The notes beneath the pieces are model-generated. The model saw only the letters and a program-made list of their open reading frames with translations. It had not been told where the DNA came from and ran no database searches. Shown in pieces: positions 26,601 through 38,085 of a stretch of DNA of 40,864 nucleotides (position 1 is its first letter; each line of letters starts with the position of its first letter). The stretch spans positions 1 through 40,864 of the forward strand of contig JAUCBJ010002540.1 in the NCBI GenBank assembly GCA_032718475.1. The letters are read 5' to 3'. The position numbers and the translations under genes are program-made. This DNA comes from Nemertoderma westbladi (Eukaryota; Animalia; Xenacoelomorpha).

Positions 26601-29600
26601 GCATTGTATCCTATACCATGTTAGTGCGCATTGTATCCTATACCATGTTAGTGTGCATTGTATCCTATACCATGTTAGTGCGCATTGTATCCTATACCAT
26701 GTTAGTGCGCATTGTATCCTATACCATGTTAGTGTGCATTGTATCGTATGCCATGTTAGTGTGCATTGTATCCTATACCATGTTAGTGTGCATTGTATCC
26801 TATACCATGTTAGTGCGCATTGTATCCTATACCATGTTAGTGCGCATTGTATCCTATACCATGTTAGTGTGCATTGTATCGTATGCCATGTTAGTGTGCA
26901 TTGTATCCTATACCATGTTAGTGTGCATTGTATCCTATACCATGTTAGTGCGCATTGTATCCTATACCATGTTAGTGCGCATTGTATCCTATACCATGTT
27001 AGTGTGCATTGTATCCTATGCCATGTTAGTGTGCATTGTATCCTATACCATGTTAGTGTGCATTGTATCCTATACCATGTTAGTGTGCATTGTATCCTAT
27101 ACCATGTTAGTGCGCATTGTATCCTATACCATGTTAGTGTGCATTGTATCGTATGCCATGTTAGTGTGCATTGTATCCTATACCATGTTAGTGTGCATTG
27201 TATCCTATACCATGTTAGTGCGCATTGTATCCTATGCCATGTTAGTGCGCATTGTATCCTATGCCATGTTAGTGTGCATTGTATCCTATGCCATGTTAGT
27301 GTGCATTGTATCCTATACCATGTTAGTGCGCATTGTATCCTATGCCATGTTAGTGCGCATTGTATCCTATGCCATGTTAGTGTGCATTGTATCCTATGCC
27401 ATGTTAGTGCGCATTGTATCCTATGCCATGTTAGTGTGCATTGTATCCTATACCATGTTAGTGCGCATTGTATCCTATACAATGTTAGTGTGCATTGTAT
27501 CGTATGCCATGTTAGTGTGCATTGTATCCTATACCATGTTAGTGTGCATTGTATCCTATACCATGTTAGTGTGCATTGTATCCTATGCCATGTTAGTGCG
27601 CATTGTATCCTATACCATGTTAGTGCGCATTGTATCCTATGCCATGTTAGTGCGCATTGTATCCTATGCCATGTTAGTGTGCATTGTATCCTATACCATG
27701 TTAGTGCGCATTGTATCCTATGCCATGTTAGTGCGCATTGTATCCTATGCCATGTTAGTGTGCATTGTATCCTATGCCATGTTAGTGCGCATTGTATCCT
27801 ATGCCATGTTAGTGTGCATTGTATCCTATACCATGTTAGTGCGCATTGTATCCTATACAATGTTAGTGTGCATTGTATCGTATGCCATGTTAGTGTGCAT
27901 TGTATCCTATACCATGTTAGTGTGCATTGTATCCTATACCATGTTAGTGCGCATTGTATCCTATACCATGTTAGTGCGCATTGTATCCTATACCATGTTA
28001 GTGCGCATTGTATCCTATACCATGTTAGTGTGCATTGTATCCTATACCATGTTAGTGCGCATTGTATCCTATACCATGTTAGTGCGCATTGTATCCTATA
28101 CCATGTTAGTGTGCATTGTATCCTATACCATGTTAGTGTGCATTGTATCCTATACCATGTTAGTGTGCATTGTATCGTATGCCATGTTAGTGTGCATTGT
28201 ATCCTATACCATGTTAGTGTGCATTGTATCCTATACCATGTTAGTGTGCATTGTATCGTATGCCATGTTAGTGTGCATTGTATCCTATACCATGTTAGTG
28301 TGCATTGTATCCTATACCATGTTAGTGTGCATTGTATCCTATACCATGTTAGTGTGCATTGTATCCTATACCATGTTAGTGTGCATTGTATCCTATACCA
28401 TGTTAGTGCGCATTGTATCCTATACCATGTTAGTGCGCATTGTATCCTATACCATGTTAGTGCGCATTGTATCCTATACCATGTTAGTGCGCATTGTATC
28501 CTATACCATGTTAGTGTGCATTGTATCCTATACCATGTTAGTGTGCATTGTATCGTATGCCATGTTAGTGTGCATTGTATCCTATACCATGTTAGTGTGC
28601 ATTGTATCCTATACCATGTTAGTGCGCATTGTATCCTATACCATGTTAGTGCGCATTGTATCCTATGCCATGTTAGTGCGTATTGTATCCTATGCCATGT
28701 TAGTGTGCATTGTATCCTATGCCATGTTAGTGCGCATTGTATCCTATGCCATGTTAGTGTGCATTGTATCCTATGCCATGTTAGTGCGCATTGTATCCTA
28801 TACCATGTTAGTGTGCATTGTATCCTATACCATGTTAGTGTGCATTGTATCCTATGCCATGTTAGTGTGCATTGTATCCTATGCCATGTTAGTGCGCATT
28901 GTATCCTTGCAATGTTAGTGTGCATTGTATCCTATACCATGTTAGTGTGCATTGTATCCTATACCATGTTAGTGCGCATTGTATCCTATGCCATGTTAGT
29001 GCGCATTGTATCCTTGCAATGTTAGTGTGCATTGTATCCTATACAATGTTAGTGTGCATTGTATCCTATACCATGTTAGTGCGCATTGTATCCTATACCA
29101 TGTTAGTGCGCATTGTATCCTATACCATGTTAGTGTGCATTGTATCCTATGCCATGTTAGTGCGCATTGTATCCTATACAATGTTAGTGTGCATTGTATC
29201 CTATGCCATGTTAGTGTGCATTGTATCCTATGCCATGTTAGTGCGCATTGTATCCTATACCATGTTAGTGTGCATTGTATCCTATACCATGTTAGTGCGC
29301 ATTGTATCCTATGCCATGTTAGTGCGCATTGTATCCTATACAATGTTAGTGTGCATTGTATCCTATGCCATGTTAGTGTGCATTGTATCCTATGCCATGT
29401 TAGTGCGCATTGTATCCTATACCATGTTAGTGCGCATTGTATCGTATGCCATGTTAGTGTGCATTGTATCCTATGCCATGTTAGTGCGCATTGTATCCTA
29501 TGCCATGTTAGTGTGCATTGTATCCTATGCCATGTTAGTGCGCATTGTATCCTATGCCATGTTAGTGCGCATTGTATCCTATGCCATGTTAGTGCGCATT

Positions 29601-32499
29601 GTATCCTATGCCATGTTAGTGCGCATTGTATCCTATACCATGTTAGTGCGCATTGTATCGTATGCCATGTTAGTGTGCATTGTATCGTATGCCATGTTAG
29701 TGTGCATTGTATCCTATGCCATGTTAGTGTGCATTGTATCCTATACCATGTTAGTGCGCATTGTATCCTATGCCATGTTAGTGCGCATTGTATCCTATGC
29801 CATGTTAGTGCGCATTGTATCCTATGCCATGTTAGTGTGCATTGTATCCTATGCCATGTTAGTGCGCATTGTATCCTATGCCATGTTAGTGCGCATTGTA
29901 TCCTATGCCATGTTAGTGCGCATTGTATCCTATACCATGTTAGTGCGCATTGTATCGTATGCCATGTTAGTGTGCATTGTATCGTATGCCATGTTAGTGT
30001 GCATTGTATCCTATGCCATGTTAGTGTGCATTGTATCCTATACCATGTTAGTGCGCATTGTATCCTATGCCATGTTAGTGCGCATTGTATCCTATGCCAT
30101 GTTAGTGTGCATTGTATCGTATGCCATGTTAGTGTGCATTGTATCCTATGCCATGTTAGTGTGCATTGTATCCTATGCCATGTTAGTGCGCATTGTATCC
30201 TATGCCATGTTAGTGCGCATTGTATCCTATACCATGTTAGTGTGCATTGTATCCTATACCATGTTAGTGCGCATTGTATCCTATGCCATGTTAGTGTGCA
30301 TTGTATCCTATACCATGTTAGTGCGCATTGTATCCTATGCCATGTTAGTGTGCATTGTATCCTATACCATGTTAGTGTGCATTGTATCCTATGCCATGTT
30401 AGTGCGCATTGTATCCTATGCCATGTTAGTGTGCATTGTATCCTATACAATGTTAGTGTGCATTGTATCCTATACCATGTTAGTGTGCATTGTATCCTAT
30501 GCCATGTTAGTGTGCATTGTATCCTATGCCATGTTAGTGCGTAATGTATCCTATGCCATGTTAGTGTGCATTGTATCCTATGCCATGTTAGTGCGCATTG
30601 TATCCTATACCATGTTAGTGCGCATTGTATCCTATGCCATGTTAGTGTGCATTGTATCCTATACCATGTTAGTGTGCATTGTATCCTATGCCATGTTAGT
30701 GTGCATTGTATCCTATGCCATGTTAGTGCGTAATGTATCCTATGCCATGTTAGTGTGCATTGTATCCTATGCCATGTTAGTGTGCATTGTATCCTATACC
30801 ATGTTAGTGCGCATTGTATCCTATGCCATGTTAGTGTGCATTGTATCCTATACCATGTTAGTGTGCATTGTATCCTATGCCATGTTAGTGTGCATTGTAT
30901 CCTATGCCATGTTAGTGCGTAATGTATCCTATGCCATGTTAGTGTGCATTGTATCCTATGCCATGTTAGTGTGCATTGTATCCTATACCATGTTAGTGCG
31001 CATTGTATCCTATGCCATGTTAGTGTGCATTGTATCCTATACCATGTTAGTGTGCATTGTATCCTATGCCATGTTAGTGCGCATTGTATCCTATACCATG
31101 TTAGTGCGCATTGTATCCTATACCATGTTAGTGTGCATTGTATCCTATACCATGTTAGTGCGCATTGTATCCTATGCCATGTTAGTGTGCATTGTATCCT
31201 ATACCATGTTAGTGTGCATTGTATCCTATGCCATGTTAGTGCGCATTGTATCCTATGCCATGTTAGTGCGCATTGTATCGTATGCCATGTTAGTGTGCAT
31301 TGTATCGTATGCCATGTTAGTGTGCATTGTATCCTATGCCATGTTAGTGCGCATTGTATCCTATGCCATGTTAGTGCGCATTGTATCCTATGCCATGTTA
31401 GTGCGCATTGTATCCTATACCATGTTAGTGCGCATTGTATCGTATGCCATGTTAGTGTGCATTGTATCGTATGCCATGTTAGTGTGCATTGTATCCTATG
31501 CCATGTTAGTGTGCATTGTATCCTATACCATGTTAGTGCGCATTGTATCCTATGCCATGTTAGTGCGCATTGTATCCTATGCCATGTTAGTGTGCATTGT
31601 ATCGTATGCCATGTTAGTGTGCATTGTATCCTATGCCATGTTAGTGTGCATTGTATCCTATGCCATGTTAGTGTGCATTGTATCCTATACCATGTTAGTG
31701 TGCATTGTATCCTATGCCATGTTAGTGTGCATTGTATCCTATGCCATGTTAGTGCGTAATGTATCCTATGCCATGTTAGTGTGCATTGTATCCTATGACA
31801 TGTTAGTGTGCATTGTATCATATGCCATGTTAGTGTGCATTGTATCCTATACCATGTTAGTGTGCATTGTATCCTATACCATGTTAGTGCGCATTGTATC
31901 CTATGCCATGTTAGTGTGCATTGTATCCTATACCATGTTAGTGTGCATTGTATCCTATGCCATGTTAGTGCGCATTGTATCCTATACCATGTTAGTGCGC
32001 ATTGTATCCTATACCATGTTAGTGTGCATTGTATCCTATACCATGTTAGTGCGCATTGTATCCTATGCCATGTTAGTGTGCATTGTATCCTATACCATGT
32101 TAGTGTGCATTGTATCCTATGCCATGTTAGTGCGCATTGTATCCTATGCCATGTTAGTGCGCATTGTATCCTATACCATGTTAGTGCGCATTGTATCCTA
32201 TACCATGTTAGTGCGCATTGTATCCTATACCATGTTAGTGTGCATTGTATCCTATACCATGTTAGTGTGCATTGTATCCTATACCATGTTAGTGTGCATT
32301 GTATCCTATACCATGTTAGTGTGCATTGTATCCTATGCCATGTTAGTGCGCATTGTATCCTATGCCATGTTAGTGTGCATTGTATCGTATGCCGTGTTAG
32401 TGTGCATTGTATCCTATACCATGTTAGTGTGCATTGTATCATATGCCATGTTAGTGTGCATTGTATCCTATACAATGTTAGTGTGCATTGTATCCTATG
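23663..32499. repeat. 27-bp satellite, right arm (~325 units)
   Basis: Same unit and orientation as the left arm, with an additional TATCGTAT variant. It decays into a degenerate unit at ~32508-32528. Confidence 0.99.
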
Positions 32500-32690
32500 T
32501 AATATCCGTAATGTATCCAATCCATGATCGCTACTTATCATTCAGTTAATGTTTTACCATATTGCAACACGACAAGCTCTATTACTATCTATAGTAACCA
32601 TAGTAACCAGTAAACGATACTATATTATATAATAATGGTACAGCGCAATATTATCATTTTGTGAGCTGTAACATCTGCCATTTCTTAAAT

Positions 32691-33143
32691 TTTATAATAG
32701 ATACTTTATCAATCAACCAATCGCCTATTGAACATGGAGTTTTATAATAGATACTTTATCAATCAACCAATCGCCTATTGAACATGGAGTTTTATAATAG
32801 ATACTTTATCAATCAACCAATCGCCTATTGAACATGGAGTTTTATAATAGATACTTTATCAATCAACCAATCGCCTATTGAACATGGAGTTTTATAATAG
32901 ATACTTTATCAATCAACCAATCGCCTATTGAACATGGAGTTTTATAATAGATACTTTATCAATCAACCAATCGCCTATTGAACATGGAGTTTTATAATAG
33001 ATACTTTATCAATCAACCAATCGGCTATTGAACATGGAGTTTTATAATAGATACTTTATCAATCAACCAATCGCCTATTGAACATGGAGTTTTATAATAG
33101 ATACTTTATCAATCAACCAATCGCCTATTGAACATGGAGTTTT
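32691..33143. repeat. 50-bp tandem repeat, 9 near-identical units, TTTATAATAGATACTTTATCAATCAACCAATCGCCTATTGAACATGGAGT
   Basis: Nine copies in exact 50-bp phase. I saw one substitution, at 33024. Confidence 0.97.
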
Positions 33144-33236
33144 GATGCGGACTTTTTATTATTAAAAAATTATAAATTTATATTCAGACTAGCCAGGACT
33201 CGGTTTGCACCTCCTTATGTGGTTGATAATTGAATA

Positions 33237-33323
33237 CCAGTTCCCTCTGGGGGGATTATAGTCCTGGTCTGGGGGACTTCCAGTTCCCTCTGGGAGGATT
33301 ATAGTCATGGTCTGGGGGGACTT
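33237..33323. repeat. Two-copy ~43-bp G-tract-rich tandem duplication
   Basis: CCAGTTCCCTCTGGG(G/A)GGATTATAGTC(C/A)TGGTCTGGGGGACTT occurs twice. Confidence 0.85.
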
Positions 33324-34010
33324 CACTCGAAATAAGTCGTCATACTTTGCCCCTAAAACCTTTTACATAACTATTGTACAATGGAGTTGAGCCGATCAGT
33401 TGCTGTAGATTCAGAATGTTAGTCTGTTGGGAGACAATAAAGAGGGACCATGCACTCATCTAATGCATCAGCTCGAATTTCTAGGTAGACCTCCAACATG
33501 GAGAACAGCCTCTTTGTTATTGCTGAAGCGCCAAAGTGATTGGAAACAGATAACTTAAGGAAACATGGAAACTTCAATGTGTTATAATTTAATTTAAACA
33601 CAAATGAAAATGACAGCGTCTAATCCCTCACCTAAAGCTCTTTCACATAACTAAATGAGACAATAAAATGTATCCCTCTCTTTCAATGCAACGGGTTCGA
33701 TTTGTTATATTGATTTATATTGCAGTAATTCATCCCTCTGTAAATAATATAAATAACGGTCATCACAGTTTATGGTAGCTACTCCTTTATCGATTCACTG
33801 AGAATGCACCACGTAATTAATGGGCTCCCAAATAAAAGCAAGGGTGTTGATAGTGGGATGGGCTGTAAGTACCTCCCTGGGATTGTGTAACAGATAGGCA
33901 GGCATACTTCTGATTAGGAAGTAATGGAATCCCACAGTTTCACTATAAAATTAGATTATACATTCATAGTCAGCTTTCCATGAGAAAAGTTTCATTTATA
34001 TTAATTATAC

Positions 34011-34119
34011 CTGTAACAATAATTATCGGAAGCATTATCTTTACAACAAGTCCTGCTTTTCTGATATCACCATCCATAATATACGCATCATCCGTTTGGA
34101 AACTCCCATTCGCTGACAT
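34011..34119 (-). CDS. Predicted first coding exon of the GPCR (N-terminus and first half of TM1)
   Basis: 109 nt reading MSANGSFQTDDAYIMDGDIRKAGLVVKIMLPIIIVT+G, with an N-glycosylation sequon NGS. The phase-1 donor ACAG|GTATAA matches the phase-1 acceptor at 10226 and gives LPIIIVTGLNGNMLVL. A pyrimidine-rich acceptor TTTTTATATCACCAG| lies 7 nt before the ATG. Confidence 0.82.
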
Positions 34120-34332
34120 TGTGTATCTGGTGATATAAAAATGAAAAAGTTAGATGAAAAGGAGAAAATAAGTTAATGAACATTAGCAAAATGCTTCAAT
34201 TAGAATGTCTGTGAAGGAATGAGTGCCTATGAAGTACATATGGACAAGTACATCGGTGACTAGGATCTTTTGACGGTCGGTTTTGGAAATCAACATCTCC
34301 ATAGTTCGGAGAATTTACCTTCAAAGGTGTGG

Positions 34333-34441
34333 TGTGGTTCCGGGTTATTGTGGTTCCAGGTTATTGTGGTTCCAGGTTGTTGTGGTTCCAGGTTAATGTG
34401 GTTCCAGGTTATTGTGGTTCCAGGTTATTGTGGTTCCAGGT
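34333..34441. repeat. 16-bp tandem repeat TGTGGTTCCAGGTTAT, ~7 units
   Basis: Units start at 34333, 34349, 34365, 34381, 34397, 34413 and 34429. Confidence 0.93.
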
Positions 34442-34442
34442 A

Positions 34443-34925
34443 GTACTGACAGGTGAGTATCACCTACCGTACTTACGCGTGAGTAGATCACCTACCGTAC
34501 TGACAGGTGAGTAGATCTCCTACCGTACTGATGCGTGAGTGGATCAGCTATCGCACTGACACGTGAAAAGATCTCTTACGATACTGACATGTGAATACCT
34601 CACATACCGTACTGATACGTGAGTACCTCACCTACCGTACTGACAGTTGAGTATATCACCTACCGTACTGACACATGAGTATATACATCGCCTACCGTAC
34701 TGACACGTGAGTATATACATCACCTACCGTACTGACACATGAGTACATCACCCACCTTACTGACAGGTGAGTTATATCACCTATCGCACTGACGCGTGAG
34801 TAGATCACCTATTGTACTGACACGGGAGTAGATCTCCTACCATACAGACACGTGAGTACCTCACCTACCGTACTGACAGGTGAGTTTATCACCTACCGTA
34901 CTGGCATGTGAGTATATATATCACC
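34443..34925. repeat. Diverged ~28-bp tandem repeat, ~17 units, GTACTGACACGTGAGTAGATCACCTACC
   Basis: Recurring GTACTGAC…GTGAGT…TCACCTACC with units of 26-32 bp and many substitutions. Confidence 0.92.
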
Positions 34926-36260
34926 GCTTTATTGAGGGTTACATTAATAAAATAATATGTTTAATTGTTTAAACAATTAAAACAAAATATTTTATATTTT
35001 TAAGCATTGTTTTGCGAGTTTCAAACATATCCCCTCACCTGGTTCACTTCACAGATTCCCGTGCTTAAACATTTTAGGATTGTCTATCATTGAAATATGA
35101 TTATATCATCATTATAAAATGAAGTCATCCAACAACGTCGCTCAGAAGTTACAGAAATTTTCCCAATTTTATAAATATTTATATAAAGATACTTTATGGA
35201 TTCATGGATGTTTCGGTCCGAAACTTCCGAATTTATGCGGACCCTCACTCACTCCATGGTCATGGCCTTCATACATTAATAATGAACCGAATATAGTAGT
35301 AATTATGCTTTCCTGTATATACATTAATATGTTTCCAGAAGTTTATTCCATAAGGATATTAATTAATTATTCATCTGAAGAAGCACCCTCTACCAACTTA
35401 ATGCACTGTCATCATACGGGATTCAGCGAATTTGAAATTTTGCTATACTTCAAGATTACAGTACTCTTCACATTAATCCTCTAACATCTATCTTGCTGTC
35501 TTATTTCCCTAACCACCTAACCTATCACAAGAAATTGTCGTAATTGCCATCACATGAATAGAGAGCTAATTTGTTTAGTGAAGTATGGTTTCTGTGTGAG
35601 ATCATATGCAGTAGTTGAGAGTGTATTATATCACATATAAATAATAAACACATTAAAAAATTCTTTCTATAACTAAAGGCAGCCAGTGACACCGCACACT
35701 AGCTTTTAAATTATTTTATTTATATTACATTATATTTTTTGATCATAACATACTGTACATATTCCATTGTTTTTTTTAGGCCCTAGCCGCTAAGTATTAT
35801 ATTTGGGTTAATGTTCTGATTCTATTATTTTTTTGTAGTTTGTGGGGTGTAAGTTAGACTGTAATGTATACCTCTTTAGTTACCGTGCCATTAAACCGAA
35901 TGTATTCTTATTTAATAATATGTTATAGATTTAATTGAGATTTTGAATGATGGGAGTTGGTGGTGACTGGGAAGGGTTCTTGTGGTGATGGGCGAGAGGC
36001 CTGGATAGGTTGCAGGCAGTCAGCACTCAGACCCCCATGGTGATATGAAAAAGTGTAGCTAGTAAATCCACTTATGGTGAAAAAATCACTAAATGTAGCA
36101 GAGAATAGAGCATAGTTTACGTGACTCAATTTAATCACATTTACCATAACCCCCCGCCCCCCTCCCATCTAGTAGGAATGATAATACCACCTAGTGAGCT
36201 TAACTTCCAGTGAGATATGCCTGGGATATTGGAGATTATTGAATATTCTTCTCTGATCTT

Positions 36261-36515
36261 CATTGTGTCAAGTACAATGCACACATCTCCAACCAGACAC
36301 TATATAACATTGGAGGTGTCTCATTGGTTCCCTCAAGCTTGACACTAGAACAAAGCCGCCTCCGCTTTGCAGGACATTGCTTTCGCCGTGAGGACCAGCC
36401 AGTGCATAATCTTGTGCTTTGACAGCCTCATGGAGTGAATAAGATGGTGGATAGCCCATGACTTTGTTAAAGGACACTGGACTTGAAGATGCGGATGATC
36501 TAGCAAATGTCATGG
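36261..36515 (+). mobile_element. Internal fragment of the same RTE family, with indels
   Basis: Aligns by eye to ~23298-23565 (CATTGTGTCAAGTACAATGCACAC…GCAAATGTCATGG). It has several small indels and a deletion, and lacks the tail. Confidence 0.92.
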
Positions 36516-36970
36516 TCGCGCAAAAAAGAGTTTCTTAAAGAGGAACTCCCGAGCAAGACCTCGCGGCCCACGCCTCATCTAGTTAGCCAGTTAGTCCCAA
36601 GACTAACTTCGCGGAGTGAGTGTGCCAGAAACACATTGAGCAAACATGACAAAAACCACGCCTTTTATAGACTTTTGGTGGGTTAGAAGTCAATCATGAT
36701 TGTTGCACTGTCAATCATTGTTATCACCCAGGCGAGCGAGTTGGGACCCACCTGGGCCTTGAAATCCAGGGGCCCACCCAGACAGACCACGTGCACTTTA
36801 CTTTATTTTAAATGGGCCTCCAGGTAGAGTAGGTTCAGTGGTATAATTAATTGTGCCTGTATATTGGTTGTCTATATTTGGGTGGAATTAAATTTAATTG
36901 GTTTTAAAATATTATCCAGAGTTCTGTAACCAATATGAATATGTATGAAATTCCGGCTTATCTAAAAGGA

Positions 36971-37055
36971 AGGTCTAGGTGGGAGCGTGGTGGTAGCGAG
37001 CGTAGGTCTAGGTGGGAGCGTGGTGGTAGCGAGCGTAGGTCTAGGTGGGAGCGTG
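36971..37055. repeat. 33-bp tandem repeat, 2.6 units
   Basis: AGGTCTAGGTGGGAGCGTGGTGGTAGCGAGCGT is repeated perfectly. Confidence 0.9.
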
Positions 37056-37298
37056 TTTTGTATACCCTACTCAAAGGGGCTTCAATACTAAATGACAACC
37101 CAGGTTATTCTAGGTGTCTGGATGTTCTGGGTAGCATTTTAACTTGGGCAGAGACACGGTGCAGAAATGTGCTACACTGGACAATGTGCCAGTGCAGTGA
37201 AGTGCTGCGTCTGCGTCTGTAGTATCGGCAATTATAGAGATGCTGCGCTCAGCACAATTCTTTAAAAACCGGCGTAGCTTTTGTACAAACTGAGAGAG

Positions 37299-38085
37299 CC
37301 GGTATAACAAGCTGAGATAACTCCCCACCAAATATGACTCCCCAGTCTTCTCAACCTAGGCTGAGAACACTCCCCAGTTTTCTCCCTAGATTTCTTAATT
37401 AACGGAAAGGAGCAGGTTACAGTGGCGGGCTTTTCTAACCAAAACAATAAACGATATCTCAATAACATAGGTTACAGTTTTATTTTTGCAATATACGAAA
37501 ATAACACAGGTACGGATATGAATTATAACTCAATTAGGGGAGTCATCTCAGCCTAAGGGGATTCATCTCAGCCTAAGGGGAGTGTTCTCAGCCTAGGCTG
37601 AGATAACTGGGGAGTGTTCTCAGCCTAGGCTGAGATAACTGGGGAGTGTTCTCAGCCTAGGCTGAGACGATTGAGTAGTGTTCTCAGCCTAGGCTGAGAT
37701 GACTGGGGAGTCATTTCAAGAATGAGTTAACTCAGCCTTGTACACCGGCTCAGGCAAGGGCATGAGTTTTGCCCATGGCGCCACACTCGGCGTAGAAAAA
37801 AACTTTTTGATAAAGGGCATGTAGTGTTGGAATTGTATATTTTAATTGTCCGGGGCAGTTTCCTAACTATTGTCGGGGACAATAGTCCTGGGGGCAATTG
37901 TCTGCTGGGCAATTATCCTGCCATGTGTATAAGTTTATACAGGTGGAGAGTGTTCTCAGCCTAGGCTGAGATAACTGGGGAGTGTTCTCAGCCTAGGCTG
38001 AGACGACTGAGGAGTGTTCTCAGCCTAGGCTGAGATGACTGGGGAGTCATTTCAAGAGGGAGTTATCTCAGCCTTGTACACCGGT
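37299..38085. mobile_element. MITE/foldback-like element with long inverted termini built from 32-bp subrepeats; right end present twice
   Basis: The left end CCGGTATAACAAGCTGAGATAACTCCCC… is the reverse complement of …GGGGAGTTATCTCAGCCTTGTACACCGG (ends 38085) and of a similar end at 37748. The subrepeats contain the palindrome TCTCAGCCTAGGCTGAGA. No clear TSD. Confidence 0.7.

Noticed and set aside
11141-32499. CRISPR array, DGR or retron-like system (repeats plus RT)
   Set aside because: The repeats are head-to-tail with no unique spacers and there are no cas or accessory genes. The RT is a eukaryotic RTE-clade LINE with a tail and TSD.
11820-32549. Giant ORFs of 500-1800 aa (MLVCIVSYA, HCILCHVSV, WHRIQCALT repeats)
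   Set aside because: The 27-bp unit is stop-free in three frames at once. The ORFs overlap on both strands and switch frame at 26-bp units, with no sign of codon-level constraint.
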